Counted from the stretch's first letter, positions 20,059 to 30,447 are shown. The stretch: 64,000 nt of DNA from Candidatus Bathyarchaeota archaeon (GCA_043826455.1 JBDRQD010000055.1:19380-83379), one strand, 5' to 3'. Notes: a model not told the origin generated them from the letters alone. Program-made: numbers and translations.

Positions 20059-21537
20059 ATGTACGGTTCACTTTGGCTAGCCATACTGGCTCCTGTTCTC
20101 TTCATACCCATAGTCTATTTCTTAGGTAGAAGAATGGGGAAACTTGTAAGCTGGGTAGCTCTGGTTCCCCTCCTCTACAGCACACTATTTTTCCTAAGCC
20201 TCCTAGGAACGGTGGCCGAGAGTCCGGTCAGCGAGTACTTCTACTGGCTCCCCGGGATAAGGTTCGGGCTATACGCAGACGGGCTGAGTTTACCCATCGT
20301 CCTAACCGTCGCGGTCCTGTCAGCCATCATAGTGATCTACTCACAGCCTTATATGGTGCACAGCATCCACGAGCAGTACCACCACGAGAACAACAAGGCC
20401 CACGCCACATACTACGCGCTCTACCTCGCCTACGTGACGAGCATGATGGGCGTGGTACTCAGCACCAACCTGTTCGAGTTCTACCTGTTCTTCGAGTTGA
20501 TGATAATCCCCTCATGGGCCCTCATCAACGCCTACGGCTCAGGTGAACGCGAGAAGATAGGCCTCATGTACCTTCTCTGGTCCATCGTGGGCGCAGTGGC
20601 CTTCGTCACAGGGGCGCTCTCAGCCTACGCACAGACAGGCTCCTTCGAGTTGGTAGGCCTGGTAAAGCTGATAGGCTCCCCGTGGGCAGGGTTTATCGTC
20701 GTATCCATGTTACTGGGCCTATGTGTGAAGATGGCCCTATTCGGTCTACACATATGGCTGCCTTTCGCCCACGCGGAGGCACCAACCCCCATAAGCGCCC
20801 TGCTGAGCCCGGCCATGATCGGCCTGGCGGCTTACGCCATTGTGAGGATGCTTCTACCCATCACGGGGGTGATGGACACCTACTTCACGTTGACCCTGAT
20901 CTGGGGCCTGGCGACAATGATCTACGGAGGGATGATGGTGATGGCGCAGACGGACATCAAGCGTCTGCTGGCCTACTCCAGCATGAGCCAGATGGGGTAC
21001 CTGTTCGTGGGCATCGCCAGCGCCACAACCCTAGGCGTGGGAGGAGCCATGATGCACTACATCAGCCACGGCCTGGGAAAGGCGGCTCTTTTCCTTAGCG
21101 TCGGGGCCATAATGCACCAGACAGGCAATAGAGACATCCGTCAACTCGGCGGCCTCGCGGCGAAGATGCCCATCACAGCGATGGCCTTCATAATAGGGGC
21201 CATGAACATCTCCGGCATCCCGCCCACCATGGGCTTCGTGTCCAAGTTGATGATATTCATGGGCGCCTTCGGCCCAGGGGTCCACGAGATCTCCACGGAG
21301 CTCGTGTTAGCCCTCGTAGCCATCCTGTCCACCGCTTTAACGATAGGGTACACCATGTGGGCGATGCGTCGCATCTTCTACGGTCCTATCCCTGAGCATC
21401 TTGAGGACGTGAAAGAGGCGCCCCCCCTGATGACCATACCCATGGTTCTGCTGTGCGTCCTATCAATACTGATTGGCATCTATCCGAGGCCAATCATCGA
21501 CCCAATAATGGAGGTAGTAGCGGCGCTACTCATGTGA
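20059..21537 (+). CDS. Antiporter-like subunit 3 (NuoM-like)
   Basis: LYADGLSLP, FFELMIIP, HIWLPFAHAEAP, KRLLAYSS. Confidence 0.9.
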   Translation: MYGSLWLAILAPVLFIPIVYFLGRRMGKLVSWVALVPLLYSTLFFLSLLGTVAESPVSEYFYWLPGIRFGLYADGLSLPIVLTVAVLSAIIVIYSQPYMVHSIHEQYHHENNKAHATYYALYLAYVTSMMGVVLSTNLFEFYLFFELMIIPSWALINAYGSGEREKIGLMYLLWSIVGAVAFVTGALSAYAQTGSFELVGLVKLIGSPWAGFIVVSMLLGLCVKMALFGLHIWLPFAHAEAPTPISALLSPAMIGLAAYAIVRMLLPITGVMDTYFTLTLIWGLATMIYGGMMVMAQTDIKRLLAYSSMSQMGYLFVGIASATTLGVGGAMMHYISHGLGKAALFLSVGAIMHQTGNRDIRQLGGLAAKMPITAMAFIIGAMNISGIPPTMGFVSKLMIFMGAFGPGVHEISTELVLALVAILSTALTIGYTMWAMRRIFYGPIPEHLEDVKEAPPLMTIPMVLLCVLSILIGIYPRPIIDPIMEVVAALLM

Positions 21538-21538
21538 G

Positions 21539-23041
21539 GTGAATGATGTGGTAAACAACATGCTGTTCCTTATGATCCTGGTGGCGTTCCTGCCGGCACC
21601 CCTCGTCTACTTGATAGGAAAAAGTGTGGGTAAAAAGGTGGGCTGGGTGGTCTTCGCCGTCCTCCTAGGGATCACCATCGTCCTCGGGGGGCTCATCTCC
21701 GTGGTCGAGCACGAGGTACTGTTCGAGGAGTACAGCTGGGTGGCCTCACCCGTTAAACTAACCTTTGGGTTGTTAGCTGACGGGCTCAGCGTGCCCATGC
21801 TGTTCACGTACCTGTTCGTGTTCGCTGGGGCGACTCTATTCAGTGTGCCCTACATGGAGAGACGGCTCAAGCTCGGCGACATCGAGGAGAGCAACACGCA
21901 GTACGCAAGGTTCTACACCTTCTTCCTGCTGTACGCGGCCAGCGTCGCTGGGTCCATGCTCGCCACCAACCTGATAGAGTTCTTCCTCTTCTTCGAGATG
22001 GCTCTCGTCTTCTCGTGGCTGCTGGTGTTCCTCTACGGCTACGGGGACCGGAAGCGCACCTCCATGCTATACTTCATATGGACCCACATCGGAGGCGGCG
22101 CCCTCCTGGTGGGCATCCTCGGCGCATACTGGACGGTGGGCAGCTTCGAGATCGCTGACCTGGCGCACATCGCCTCGCACCCCAATGTCCTGTGGATTGG
22201 GATCGCCATCACCCTCGGCCTCTTCGTCAAGATAGGTGCTCTCGGCTTCCACGGCTGGATGCCGGACACATACTCCGAGTCGCCAGCCCCCGTCAGCGCG
22301 GTTCTAGGAGCCACCTCGGTGATGCTGAGCACCTACGCCATGGCCAGGCTTCTCCCACCCTTCCAGGAGGTACTTCAGGGAATCAGCGGATGGTTCATGC
22401 TCTGGGCCCTAGCCACGATCCTCTACGCCGGCATCATGGCGCTGGCTCAGAGGGACACAAAGCGCCTGGTGGCCTACCTGAGCATGAGCCAGATGAACTA
22501 CTGTGTTCTAGGAGTCTTCACATTCGTACCATACGGCGTCCTCGGCGCGGTATCCTACAGCATCAGCCACGGCTTAGCCATCGGGCTGCTGTTCCTCGTC
22601 TCAGGCGCCCTGCTATACGTGACTGGGACACGGGACATGACCAAGATGGGCGGGCTGTCAGAGAAGCTTCCCATCACTCTCTTGGCTACCCTAGCGGGTT
22701 TCCTAACCATAGGTGGAGTGCCCCCCGCGGTGGGCTTCAAGTCCAAGTTCATCCTCCTGAGCGGGGCCTTCGTAAGGGGCTTCGCGACGGGGTGGATGGA
22801 GTTGCTTGTAGCCATCCTGGCGGGAAGCCTGGCCACATTGATCACCCTGGGATACGAGTTCCGGACAATATGGCGGGTATACTACGGCAAACTGCCTGAT
22901 GCCATCAAGGAGGTGGCGCGTGTGCCTGACGTGATGGTCGTCGCGTTTGTGGCGCTCAGCGCGCTTTCAATAGTGTTCGGTATATGGCCTGCGCTGTTCA
23001 CGAACGCCCTGGACGTGTTCATAGAGCATATATTCCACTAA
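21539..23041 (+). CDS. Antiporter-like subunit 4 (second NuoM-like)
   Basis: LADGLSVP, FFEM, HGWMPDTYSESP, KRLVAY, GFKSKF. Confidence 0.88.
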   Translation: MNDVVNNMLFLMILVAFLPAPLVYLIGKSVGKKVGWVVFAVLLGITIVLGGLISVVEHEVLFEEYSWVASPVKLTFGLLADGLSVPMLFTYLFVFAGATLFSVPYMERRLKLGDIEESNTQYARFYTFFLLYAASVAGSMLATNLIEFFLFFEMALVFSWLLVFLYGYGDRKRTSMLYFIWTHIGGGALLVGILGAYWTVGSFEIADLAHIASHPNVLWIGIAITLGLFVKIGALGFHGWMPDTYSESPAPVSAVLGATSVMLSTYAMARLLPPFQEVLQGISGWFMLWALATILYAGIMALAQRDTKRLVAYLSMSQMNYCVLGVFTFVPYGVLGAVSYSISHGLAIGLLFLVSGALLYVTGTRDMTKMGGLSEKLPITLLATLAGFLTIGGVPPAVGFKSKFILLSGAFVRGFATGWMELLVAILAGSLATLITLGYEFRTIWRVYYGKLPDAIKEVARVPDVMVVAFVALSALSIVFGIWPALFTNALDVFIEHIFH

Positions 23042-23177
23042 AAACACCTTTTTTTCAACATTTTATATTACATCACACTGCAAGTACTTTTACACACGAG
23101 CCGCCCAGGGAAGCCTCTTTCACGGTTTTTCGGGTGTGCATAAGTTTTTTTAGGCGAGAAAACGTTGCTGATAGGAA

Positions 23178-23495
23178 ATGAGCATAGCTGTCATTGGCCC
23201 CTCCTCTTTCGTCACATGCTTCGAACTCATCGGCGCCGCAGGCTACGAGGAGCACGAGGAGGGGACAGTGGTCGCGACCCTAACCCGCCTGGTCAACGAG
23301 GGTGACTTCAAGCTCATCGTCATACCTGAACGATACGCTGGAGCCACCCGGCCCATAAGGGAGGAGGTCATGAAGAGGGGCAGGATCACCCCCATCTTCG
23401 CCCTCATCCCCGACCTGACCATGGAGACAGGTATGAGGATGGAGGAGCTCCAGGCGGTGGTCTCGCTCGCAATAGGGACAAGGTTGGAGTTATAG
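23178..23495 (+). CDS. atpF: A/V-type ATPase subunit F
   Basis: IAVIG...F.LIG, size ~105 aa, AIG C-terminus, operon context. Confidence 0.8.
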   Translation: MSIAVIGPSSFVTCFELIGAAGYEEHEEGTVVATLTRLVNEGDFKLIVIPERYAGATRPIREEVMKRGRITPIFALIPDLTMETGMRMEELQAVVSLAIGTRLEL

Positions 23496-23499
23496 AACA

Positions 23500-23832
23500 A
23501 TGGAAATGAAGAGCATCCTTTCATTGGGCGGAAGACTGAAGAGGCTCCTAGCCAAGGCCGAGGAGGAGGCCCAGGGGATGGTGTCCGAGGCCCAGGCCAA
23601 GGCGGACGAGATCGTCAACAACGCCAAGAAGGAGTCCGAGCAACGTTTAACAAAGGCTCAGTACCGCACAGATCTCGACGAGTTCCTGGTGGACGCCGAG
23701 AGGGAGGCCAAGGAGAAGGCCAAGCAAGTCGAGAAGGACTACGCCAAAAGAGCCGATGACATCAGAGTCGTCCCCGGCGACAAGGTCAAGGAGGCCGCGG
23801 GGATGGTGGTTAAGGAGGTGCTGCCGAAATGA
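23500..23832 (+). CDS. atpH: A/V-type ATPase subunit H/G (peripheral stalk)
   Basis: EEEA...EA..A coiled coil, 110 aa, operon context. Confidence 0.7.
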   Translation: MEMKSILSLGGRLKRLLAKAEEEAQGMVSEAQAKADEIVNNAKKESEQRLTKAQYRTDLDEFLVDAEREAKEKAKQVEKDYAKRADDIRVVPGDKVKEAAGMVVKEVLPK

Positions 23833-24452
23833 GCCAGGACTTGGACACCAAGCTGATAGAGAAGATCGTGGAGCAGCGTAACCAGTTCCTGGTAGAGGCC
23901 AAGGAGAGGGCCCAGAGAATACTGGAGAAGGCCGAGGAGGATCGCGAGAGGATCATTGAGCAGACCGCTAAAAGCATCGAAAGTATAGTGGGATCAGAGC
24001 TCAGGGCCGTTCATGACAGGATCGTGGGCAGGGCCCAGTTGGAGGGCAGGAGGAAGCTCCTTGAGGCCAGGATTGAGGTCTTGGAGACTGTCAAGTCCGA
24101 GGCCATGGTGGAGCTCAGATCCCTGGCGGAGGGCAAACACCCCGAGTATGACTACTCGGAGATACTGGTCAAGCTCATAGTGGAGGCAGACGAGGCCATA
24201 GTGGAAGACGAGTACGTCGTCTCCGCCAACAAGAGGGACCTGGCGTACCTGAAGAAGAACCTGAGCCAGGTGAGCAAGGCCCTCGGTGGCAAGAAGGTGG
24301 TGCTCAGCGAGACCCCCCGGGATATCCTTGGAGGGGTGATCGTGATGAACTCTGACGGCACCAAGACACTGGAGAACACCCTTGAGAGGAGGCTGGAAGC
24401 CGCCAACAGCAGGCTCCAGACAGAGATCGCCGTGAAGCTGGGGGTGATCTAG
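23829..24452 (+). CDS. atpE: A/V-type ATPase subunit E
   Basis: N-terminal coiled coil; ILGGVIV...DG....NTLE.RL. Confidence 0.85.
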   Translation: MSQDLDTKLIEKIVEQRNQFLVEAKERAQRILEKAEEDRERIIEQTAKSIESIVGSELRAVHDRIVGRAQLEGRRKLLEARIEVLETVKSEAMVELRSLAEGKHPEYDYSEILVKLIVEADEAIVEDEYVVSANKRDLAYLKKNLSQVSKALGGKKVVLSETPRDILGGVIVMNSDGTKTLENTLERRLEAANSRLQTEIAVKLGVI

Positions 24453-26225
24453 ATGGCGCAGCGAATTGAAGGAACGATAGAGAGGATCAACGGTTCACTG
24501 GTGGTGGCCAAGTTCACCGAGGAGCCCAAGATGGGCGACCTCGTAGAGGTGGGGAGCCTCAAGCTCATGGGGGAGATCGTCAGGCTCAGAGAGGAGACCG
24601 CCTACATCCAGTGCTACGAGTCCACCTCCGGTCTGAAGCCCGGGGAGCCCGTCATAGACATCGGCACACCCCTGGTCGCCGAGCTGGGCCCCGGACTCAT
24701 GGGTCAGATCGTGGACGGTGTGGAGCGCTCAGAGATAGAGCTCTGGAACATGACAGGCCCCTTCATCACCAGGGGCGCCAACATCGCCCCCCTCAACAGG
24801 GAGAAGAAGTGGGAGCTCAAGCCCACCGTGAAGCCGGGGGCCGAGGTGACAGGCGGCGACGTCATAGGCACGGTTCAGGAGACCGAGACCTTCGTCCACA
24901 GGATACTCGTGCCCCCGCAGCTCACCGGGACCATCAAGTCCCTCAAGGCGGGCACCTACACAGTCACCGACGCAATAGGCGTCCTCGAGACCGAGGCGGG
25001 CGAGGAGGTCCCCCTCAAGATGATGCAGACGTGGCCCGTCAGGCGGAGTAGGCCCATCAAGGAGAGGATGGCGCTGAACGCGCCCCTAATCACGGGGCAG
25101 AGGGTCATCGACACCTTCTTCCCGTGCGCCAAGGGGGGCGCCTCAGCTGTCCCCGGGGGCTTCGGCACCGGCAAGACGGTCACACTTCAACAGATCGCCA
25201 AGTGGAGCGACGCCGACATCATCGTCTATATCGGGTGCGGCGAACGCGGCAACGAGATGGCCGACGTAGTTGAGCAGTTCCCTGAGATCAAGGACCCGCG
25301 GAGCGGCAGGAACCTCATCGAGAGGACCATCATCGTGGCCAACGTATCCAACATGGCGGTCTCCGCCCGTGAGGCCAGCATCTACATGGGCCTCACCATA
25401 GGCGAGTACTTCAGGGACATGGGCTACGACGTGGCCATCATGGCCGACTCCACCAGCAGGTGGGCCGAGGCCCTCCGTGACATCTCGGGACGCCTGGAGG
25501 AGATCCCCGCCGAGGCCGGGTTCCCAGCGTACCTGGCCGACAGGATCGCCGAGATCTACGAGCGGGCGGGCAGGGTCCAGCTCATAGGCACTGAGGACAA
25601 GTACGGCAGCCTCACCCTTTTGGGGGCCGTGTCGCCGCCCGGCGGAGACTACTCGGAGCCTGTTACTACCACGACTCTCAGGTTCATCGGCACATTCTGG
25701 GCCTTGGACAGCCAGCTAGCCTACAGGCGCCACTTCCCGGCCATCAACTGGCTGAGAAGCTTCACCAGGTACCTGACGGTTGCGGCCAGGTGGTGGAGCC
25801 AGTACGAGTCCAGGTGGGAGGACACGAGGAGCCTGGCGCTGAGAGTGCTTGAGGAGGCCGCGGAGATCGAGGAAACGGCGCGCATCATAGGCGAGAAGGC
25901 GCTGCCCGACGACCAGAGGCTTGTGCTGCTGGTGGCCGAGATGCTCCGGGAGGGCTTCCTGGTCCAGAGCGCGTACCACGACGTGGACACGTTCTGCGCT
26001 CCCGAGAAGCAGGTGAAGCTACTATCCCTCTTCACGGACTTTTACACCATGTCCCGGCCCCTAGTCGAGCAGGGCATACCCATCGACAAGGTCCGTGAGC
26101 TGGACGTCATCAGGGAGATAATGAGGCTCAAGGAGCGGGAGGGCACCAAGCCCATCGACCAGGCCAGAGGCATGATGATGGACGAGATTAGGGATCTGAA
26201 GGCCCAGTACGAGGTGAACAAGTAG
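24453..26225 (+). CDS. atpA: A/V-type ATPase catalytic subunit A
   Basis: GGFGTGKT Walker [29 protein letters not shown]; no intein. Confidence 0.97.
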   Translation: MAQRIEGTIERINGSLVVAKFTEEPKMGDLVEVGSLKLMGEIVRLREETAYIQCYESTSGLKPGEPVIDIGTPLVAELGPGLMGQIVDGVERSEIELWNMTGPFITRGANIAPLNREKKWELKPTVKPGAEVTGGDVIGTVQETETFVHRILVPPQLTGTIKSLKAGTYTVTDAIGVLETEAGEEVPLKMMQTWPVRRSRPIKERMALNAPLITGQRVIDTFFPCAKGGASAVPGGFGTGKTVTLQQIAKWSDADIIVYIGCGERGNEMADVVEQFPEIKDPRSGRNLIERTIIVANVSNMAVSAREASIYMGLTIGEYFRDMGYDVAIMADSTSRWAEALRDISGRLEEIPAEAGFPAYLADRIAEIYERAGRVQLIGTEDKYGSLTLLGAVSPPGGDYSEPVTTTTLRFIGTFWALDSQLAYRRHFPAINWLRSFTRYLTVAARWWSQYESRWEDTRSLALRVLEEAAEIEETARIIGEKALPDDQRLVLLVAEMLREGFLVQSAYHDVDTFCAPEKQVKLLSLFTDFYTMSRPLVEQGIPIDKVRELDVIREIMRLKEREGTKPIDQARGMMMDEIRDLKAQYEVNK

Positions 26226-27619
26226 TGAGTATGCTAGCGCGTGTAGTGTATAAGACCACGACGGAGATCAAGGGCCCCATCCTCATGGTGGAGCGGATCA
26301 GGGATGTGGCCTTCGACGAGATCGTCCTCATCGAGCGGCCCAGCGGCGAGATGGTGCAGGGCAGCGTCCTGGACGTGAGCAGGGACTGGGCCATGGTCCA
26401 GTGCTTCGGGGAGACCTCGGGCCTGGACATCAGCACAAAGATCAGCTTCACGGGGGACGTCCTCAGGATACCCGTCTCGGAGGACCTAATCGGTAGGGTC
26501 TTCAGCGGAAGCTTCCAGCCCCTGGACAAGATGCCCCAGATAATAGGCAAGGAACGGCGGGACGTCAACGGCGGCGTCATCAACCCCGCCGCCAGGGAGG
26601 TGCCCAGGGAGTTCATCCAGACAGGAATCAGCAACATCGACGGCATGAACAGCCTGGTCCGCGGACAGAAGCTCCCCATCTTCAGCGAGTCCGGCATGCC
26701 CCACAATCAGCTCGCAGCCCAGATAGCTAGGCAGGCCACCATCCCGGGGGCCGAGAGCGAGTTCGCCATAGTCTTCGGCGCCATGGGCATCAAGAACGAG
26801 GAGGCAGCCTACTTCAGGGAGGAGTTCGAGAAGACCGGGGCCCTCAACAAGAGCGTCATGATCCTCAACCTGGCCGACGACCCCCCCATCGAGAGGATCG
26901 TCACGCCCCGCATCGCCCAGACCATCGCCGAGTACCTGGCCTTCGACCTGGGCCTGCATGTGCTGGTCATCCTCACGGACATGACCAACTACGCGGAGGC
27001 GCTTAGGGCCATCAGCATCGCCCGCGAGGAGATTCCCACAAGGAAGGGGTACCCCGGGTACCTATACAGCGACCTGGCCACCATATACGAGCGGGCGGGC
27101 CGCATCAAGGGGAGGCCCGGCAGCGTCACCCTGATGCCCATCCTGTCGATGCCGGCCGGCGACATCACCCACCCCATCCCGGACCTCACAGGATACATCA
27201 CCGAGGGCCAGCTACTCATCCAGCGTGAGCTCAGCCTCAGAGGCATCTATCCGCCCATGAACGTCCTACCCAGCCTCAGCAGGCTCATGAAGGACGGCAT
27301 CGGAAGGGAGACCACCCGCGAGGACCACCAGGACGTAAGCAACCAGCTGTACATGGCCTACGCTGAGGGGACGAGAGCTCGCGGCCTGGTCCGTATCGTC
27401 GGAACCGTGGGCCTCTCGGAGCGTGAGCGCCAGTGGCTCAGCTTCGCGGACAGGTTCGAGAGAGAGTTCGTCCACCAGGGCATCTACGAGAACAGGACCA
27501 TAGTGCAGACCCTGGACCTGGCCTGGGACCTGCTGGCGGACCTCCCGGAGGAGGACCTCATCAGGGTGCGTGAGTCCTACATCAAGAAGTACCACCCCAA
27601 GCATAAGAGTGAAGCGTAA
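26225..27619 (+). CDS. atpB: A/V-type ATPase subunit B
   Basis: [48 protein letters not shown]. Confidence 0.97.
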   Translation: MSMLARVVYKTTTEIKGPILMVERIRDVAFDEIVLIERPSGEMVQGSVLDVSRDWAMVQCFGETSGLDISTKISFTGDVLRIPVSEDLIGRVFSGSFQPLDKMPQIIGKERRDVNGGVINPAAREVPREFIQTGISNIDGMNSLVRGQKLPIFSESGMPHNQLAAQIARQATIPGAESEFAIVFGAMGIKNEEAAYFREEFEKTGALNKSVMILNLADDPPIERIVTPRIAQTIAEYLAFDLGLHVLVILTDMTNYAEALRAISIAREEIPTRKGYPGYLYSDLATIYERAGRIKGRPGSVTLMPILSMPAGDITHPIPDLTGYITEGQLLIQRELSLRGIYPPMNVLPSLSRLMKDGIGRETTREDHQDVSNQLYMAYAEGTRARGLVRIVGTVGLSERERQWLSFADRFEREFVHQGIYENRTIVQTLDLAWDLLADLPEEDLIRVRESYIKKYHPKHKSEA

Positions 27620-27621
27620 GC

Positions 27622-28239
27622 ATGTCCGCTGCATCCGGCGTCAGGCCCACAAAGGGCTACCTCATGGAGACCAAGACTCGCATCCAGGTCGTGGAGCGCG
27701 GGACCGAGTTCCTGAAGCTCAAACGCGACCAGCTGGCCAAGCAGCTCACAGAATCCTTGGATGTGCTCCGGGGCCGACGCATCCTCCTGCTGAAGAACCT
27801 GCAGGAGGCCTACAGCGCCTTGACGGCGGCGTACCTGAGCCTGGGGCCCACGGAGGTGAAGAGCCAGGTGCGGGCCATCAGGAAGCCCCTCACATTGGAG
27901 GTGCTGCCCCGCAGCGTCATGGGTGTGGTCTACCCGTCTGTACGCGTCAAGGATAAACCCGAGATAGCGGCCGAGCTGGACATAACCCTCGCCCACGCAG
28001 CAGAGCAGGTGTACGAGATCATCGAGGAGCTCATCCACCTGGCCGAGTTCGAGGAGCGGGTGGAGCGCATCGCCCAGGAGCTGGGCACAACGAACCGCAA
28101 GGTGAACGCCCTGGAGAACTTTGTAATACCGGACATGAAGGCCATCATCAAGTTCATAGAGGACAAGCTGGACGAGGAGAGCATGGAGGAGCTTGTACGG
28201 ACAAAGCTCATAGGAGGTGCTAAGACATCGAGAAGATGA
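27622..28239 (+). CDS. atpD: A/V-type ATPase subunit D
   Basis: PTK, LKLKRD.L, TNRKVNALE..VIP, LDE. Confidence 0.93.
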   Translation: MSAASGVRPTKGYLMETKTRIQVVERGTEFLKLKRDQLAKQLTESLDVLRGRRILLLKNLQEAYSALTAAYLSLGPTEVKSQVRAIRKPLTLEVLPRSVMGVVYPSVRVKDKPEIAAELDITLAHAAEQVYEIIEELIHLAEFEERVERIAQELGTTNRKVNALENFVIPDMKAIIKFIEDKLDEESMEELVRTKLIGGAKTSRR

Positions 28240-29261
28240 AGCTGGGCACCACATACGCGGTGCTGAGGACCCACGCCAGGATCGCGGACCTCCTGGACCA
28301 GGAGCACATGAGGCGGCTAGCTGAGGCCCCAGACATCCTGGAGTTCCTGCTCCGGCTCAAGGAGACCCCCTACGGGGAGGTGCAGGTCCAGATGGACGAC
28401 AAGCTGGCCATCAGCCTAGAGAAGGTGTTCATACAGAAGTTCACGGAGCGCATAGAGAGCATCGTCAAGATCACACCTACGAAGATGGGGGAGTTCCTCC
28501 GCGCATACTTCGACCTCCGCTTCGAGGTGGTGAACCTCAAACGCATCCTCAGAGGCAAGTTCACCGAGTCCCCCGAGGAGGAGATAAGGGACTCCCTCAT
28601 ACCCATCACCCCCTACCTGATAAACAGCTACGACGGACTCATCAGGGCGGATAGCCTGGAGGAGGCTTTGGTCCTCCTTGAGGGGACACCCTACGGGGAG
28701 CTTGTTGAGAAGCTGGAGATATACAAGGAACTGGACGCCCTGTGGCCCCTGGAGCTCACCCTCAACCACATATACGCCAAGAGGACCCTGAGCCTGGGGA
28801 AGGGGCTGCCTAAGAAAAACCAGCACATAGTGGACAGCCTGGCCAAGTTCGAGACCGACGTGGAGAACATCCTAGTGGCCCTCAAACGCCGCGGCAGGAA
28901 GGACGTGGACTTGGGGGAGATATTTCCCGTCACCTACAACGTGGATCAGGAGACCCTCCAGAACGTCATAGAGGCGGAGAGCCTGGGCCAGGCCATCGAC
29001 GACCTCAAGGAGCCCTACAGGGGCGTCATGGAGCCCATCAAGACGGGGGACATCGCCCTGGTGCGCGCCATGGTCCGGAAAGGAAAGTACGAGACGGCCA
29101 GCAAGGCCAGATCAGGGGACGAGTTCGGGTTCAACGTGATACTGGCGTTCCTCGTCTACAGCGAAATCGAGAAGGACAACCTTGTCGGCCTAGCCTGGGG
29201 TAAGGTGCAGGGCCTGGGCAGCGAGGAGCTCATGAAGTACATAGTCATCCCCTGGGACTAG
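28236..29261 (+). CDS. atpC: A/V-type ATPase subunit C (d-like)
   Basis: YA..R..A, L.ETPY, NLKRILRGK, GTPY, E.DNL. Confidence 0.85.
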   Translation: MKLGTTYAVLRTHARIADLLDQEHMRRLAEAPDILEFLLRLKETPYGEVQVQMDDKLAISLEKVFIQKFTERIESIVKITPTKMGEFLRAYFDLRFEVVNLKRILRGKFTESPEEEIRDSLIPITPYLINSYDGLIRADSLEEALVLLEGTPYGELVEKLEIYKELDALWPLELTLNHIYAKRTLSLGKGLPKKNQHIVDSLAKFETDVENILVALKRRGRKDVDLGEIFPVTYNVDQETLQNVIEAESLGQAIDDLKEPYRGVMEPIKTGDIALVRAMVRKGKYETASKARSGDEFGFNVILAFLVYSEIEKDNLVGLAWGKVQGLGSEELMKYIVIPWD

Positions 29262-29300
29262 CCCCAACCATTTATCTCTCCAGAACCATTCTCTATACCC

Positions 29301-29867
29301 ATGAACCAGAAGTGGGAGACAGTCTACTTCGATAAACCCGGCAAGGAGAACACCGAGGAGACGCTGAGGCTGGCGAAGATGCGAGCCGACCAGTTGGGCA
29401 TCAGGAACATCGTGGTGGCCAGCTACACGGGCTATACGGGCGCCCAGGCCTCAGAGGTATTCAAGGGCTACAACCTGGTGGTCTCCGCGGGAATGATGGG
29501 CTTCCAGGAGCCCAACCAGGCCAGGATGAGCCCGGAGCATCTGAGTAAGATGGAGGACAACGGGGCCAAGGTCTTCTACCACCTCCACGCCTTCGGTGGC
29601 CTGGGCCGAGCCGTGAAGAACAAGTTCGGGGCCATCCAGGTGGACGAGATCATAGCCCACACCCTGAGGCTCCTCAGCCAGGGTGTGAAGGTAGGCTGCG
29701 AGATAGCCTGCATGGCGGCGGACGCGGGCCTCATCAGGACAGACGAGGAGTGTGTGGCCGTTGGGGGAAGCGGCGGAGGGGCCGACTCGGCCGTGGTGCT
29801 GCTTCCGGCCAACACTCACAGGTTCTTCGATACGAGGATAAGGGAGATAGTCTGCAAGCCCAGGTGA
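29301..29867 (+). CDS. Pyruvate-kinase C-terminal-like alpha/beta domain protein (MTH1675-like)
   Basis: YFDKPGKENT, IVVAS.TG, QGVKV..EI..MAADAGLI, GGSG.GAD.A. Confidence 0.85.
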   Translation: MNQKWETVYFDKPGKENTEETLRLAKMRADQLGIRNIVVASYTGYTGAQASEVFKGYNLVVSAGMMGFQEPNQARMSPEHLSKMEDNGAKVFYHLHAFGGLGRAVKNKFGAIQVDEIIAHTLRLLSQGVKVGCEIACMAADAGLIRTDEECVAVGGSGGGADSAVVLLPANTHRFFDTRIREIVCKPR

Positions 29868-29868
29868 G

Positions 29869-29970
29869 CTACCTCACCAGGACGTTCTTGGCCCACCACT
29901 TTATTATGGGGGCCATCATCATGAGCCACGTCATGAGGAAGTTCAGCACTTTGATGGTTTCAAGGTCCAT
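29869..29970 (-). CDS. Possible 33-aa single-TM small protein (MDLETIKVLNFLMTWLMMMAPIIKWWAKNVLVR)
   Basis: Host-like codon usage (many C/G-ending codons), AT-rich upstream region, convergent with the preceding gene. Confidence 0.45.
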   Translation of the reverse strand: MDLETIKVLNFLMTWLMMMAPIIKWWAKNVLVR

Positions 29971-30210
29971 GGTTCGTCTGAGATATACTATACTGGTATT
30001 CCATATTATTGTAACTGATTAATGATACGTATTCAGATGTAAAACACAGTGTAAACAGATGTATGTTTGAGGTGAACAAAGAAAAAAATTGTAATTAAAA
30101 CATAAAAAACGCCAGAAAAAAGAAAATAGATTAACATTAAAATATAAATTGATGGTGATAGATGAACGAGGGAAAGGTTAAACATCATTGACGTAAATCA
30201 ATCTGGCATC

Positions 30211-30447
30211 ATGGACATGCCAAAGGACACGATTAACAGGATCGTGTCGGAGAACCTGAGTAAACTCTACGGAGGCAACCTGCTCAGCCTGGAGGTTGTG
30301 GGGGCCATGCCCTACCCCCTGAAGAAGGACAAGTACGTGGCCATATACAACCTCCGCCTCAAGGAGCAGCCCCCCATCATGCTGGCCAAAATCGTGGTGA
30401 ACCTAGCCTCGGGCGAGTTGGAGGCGTACGAGCCCGACCTCCTCTAG
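30211..30447 (+). CDS. Hypothetical protein (78 aa)
   Basis: Host-like codons; AT-rich promoter upstream. Confidence 0.65.
   Translation: MDMPKDTINRIVSENLSKLYGGNLLSLEVVGAMPYPLKKDKYVAIYNLRLKEQPPIMLAKIVVNLASGELEAYEPDLL

Noticed and set aside
24453..27619. Inteins in AtpA/AtpB
   Set aside because: Lengths (590 and 464 aa) are canonical and the motifs are uninterrupted
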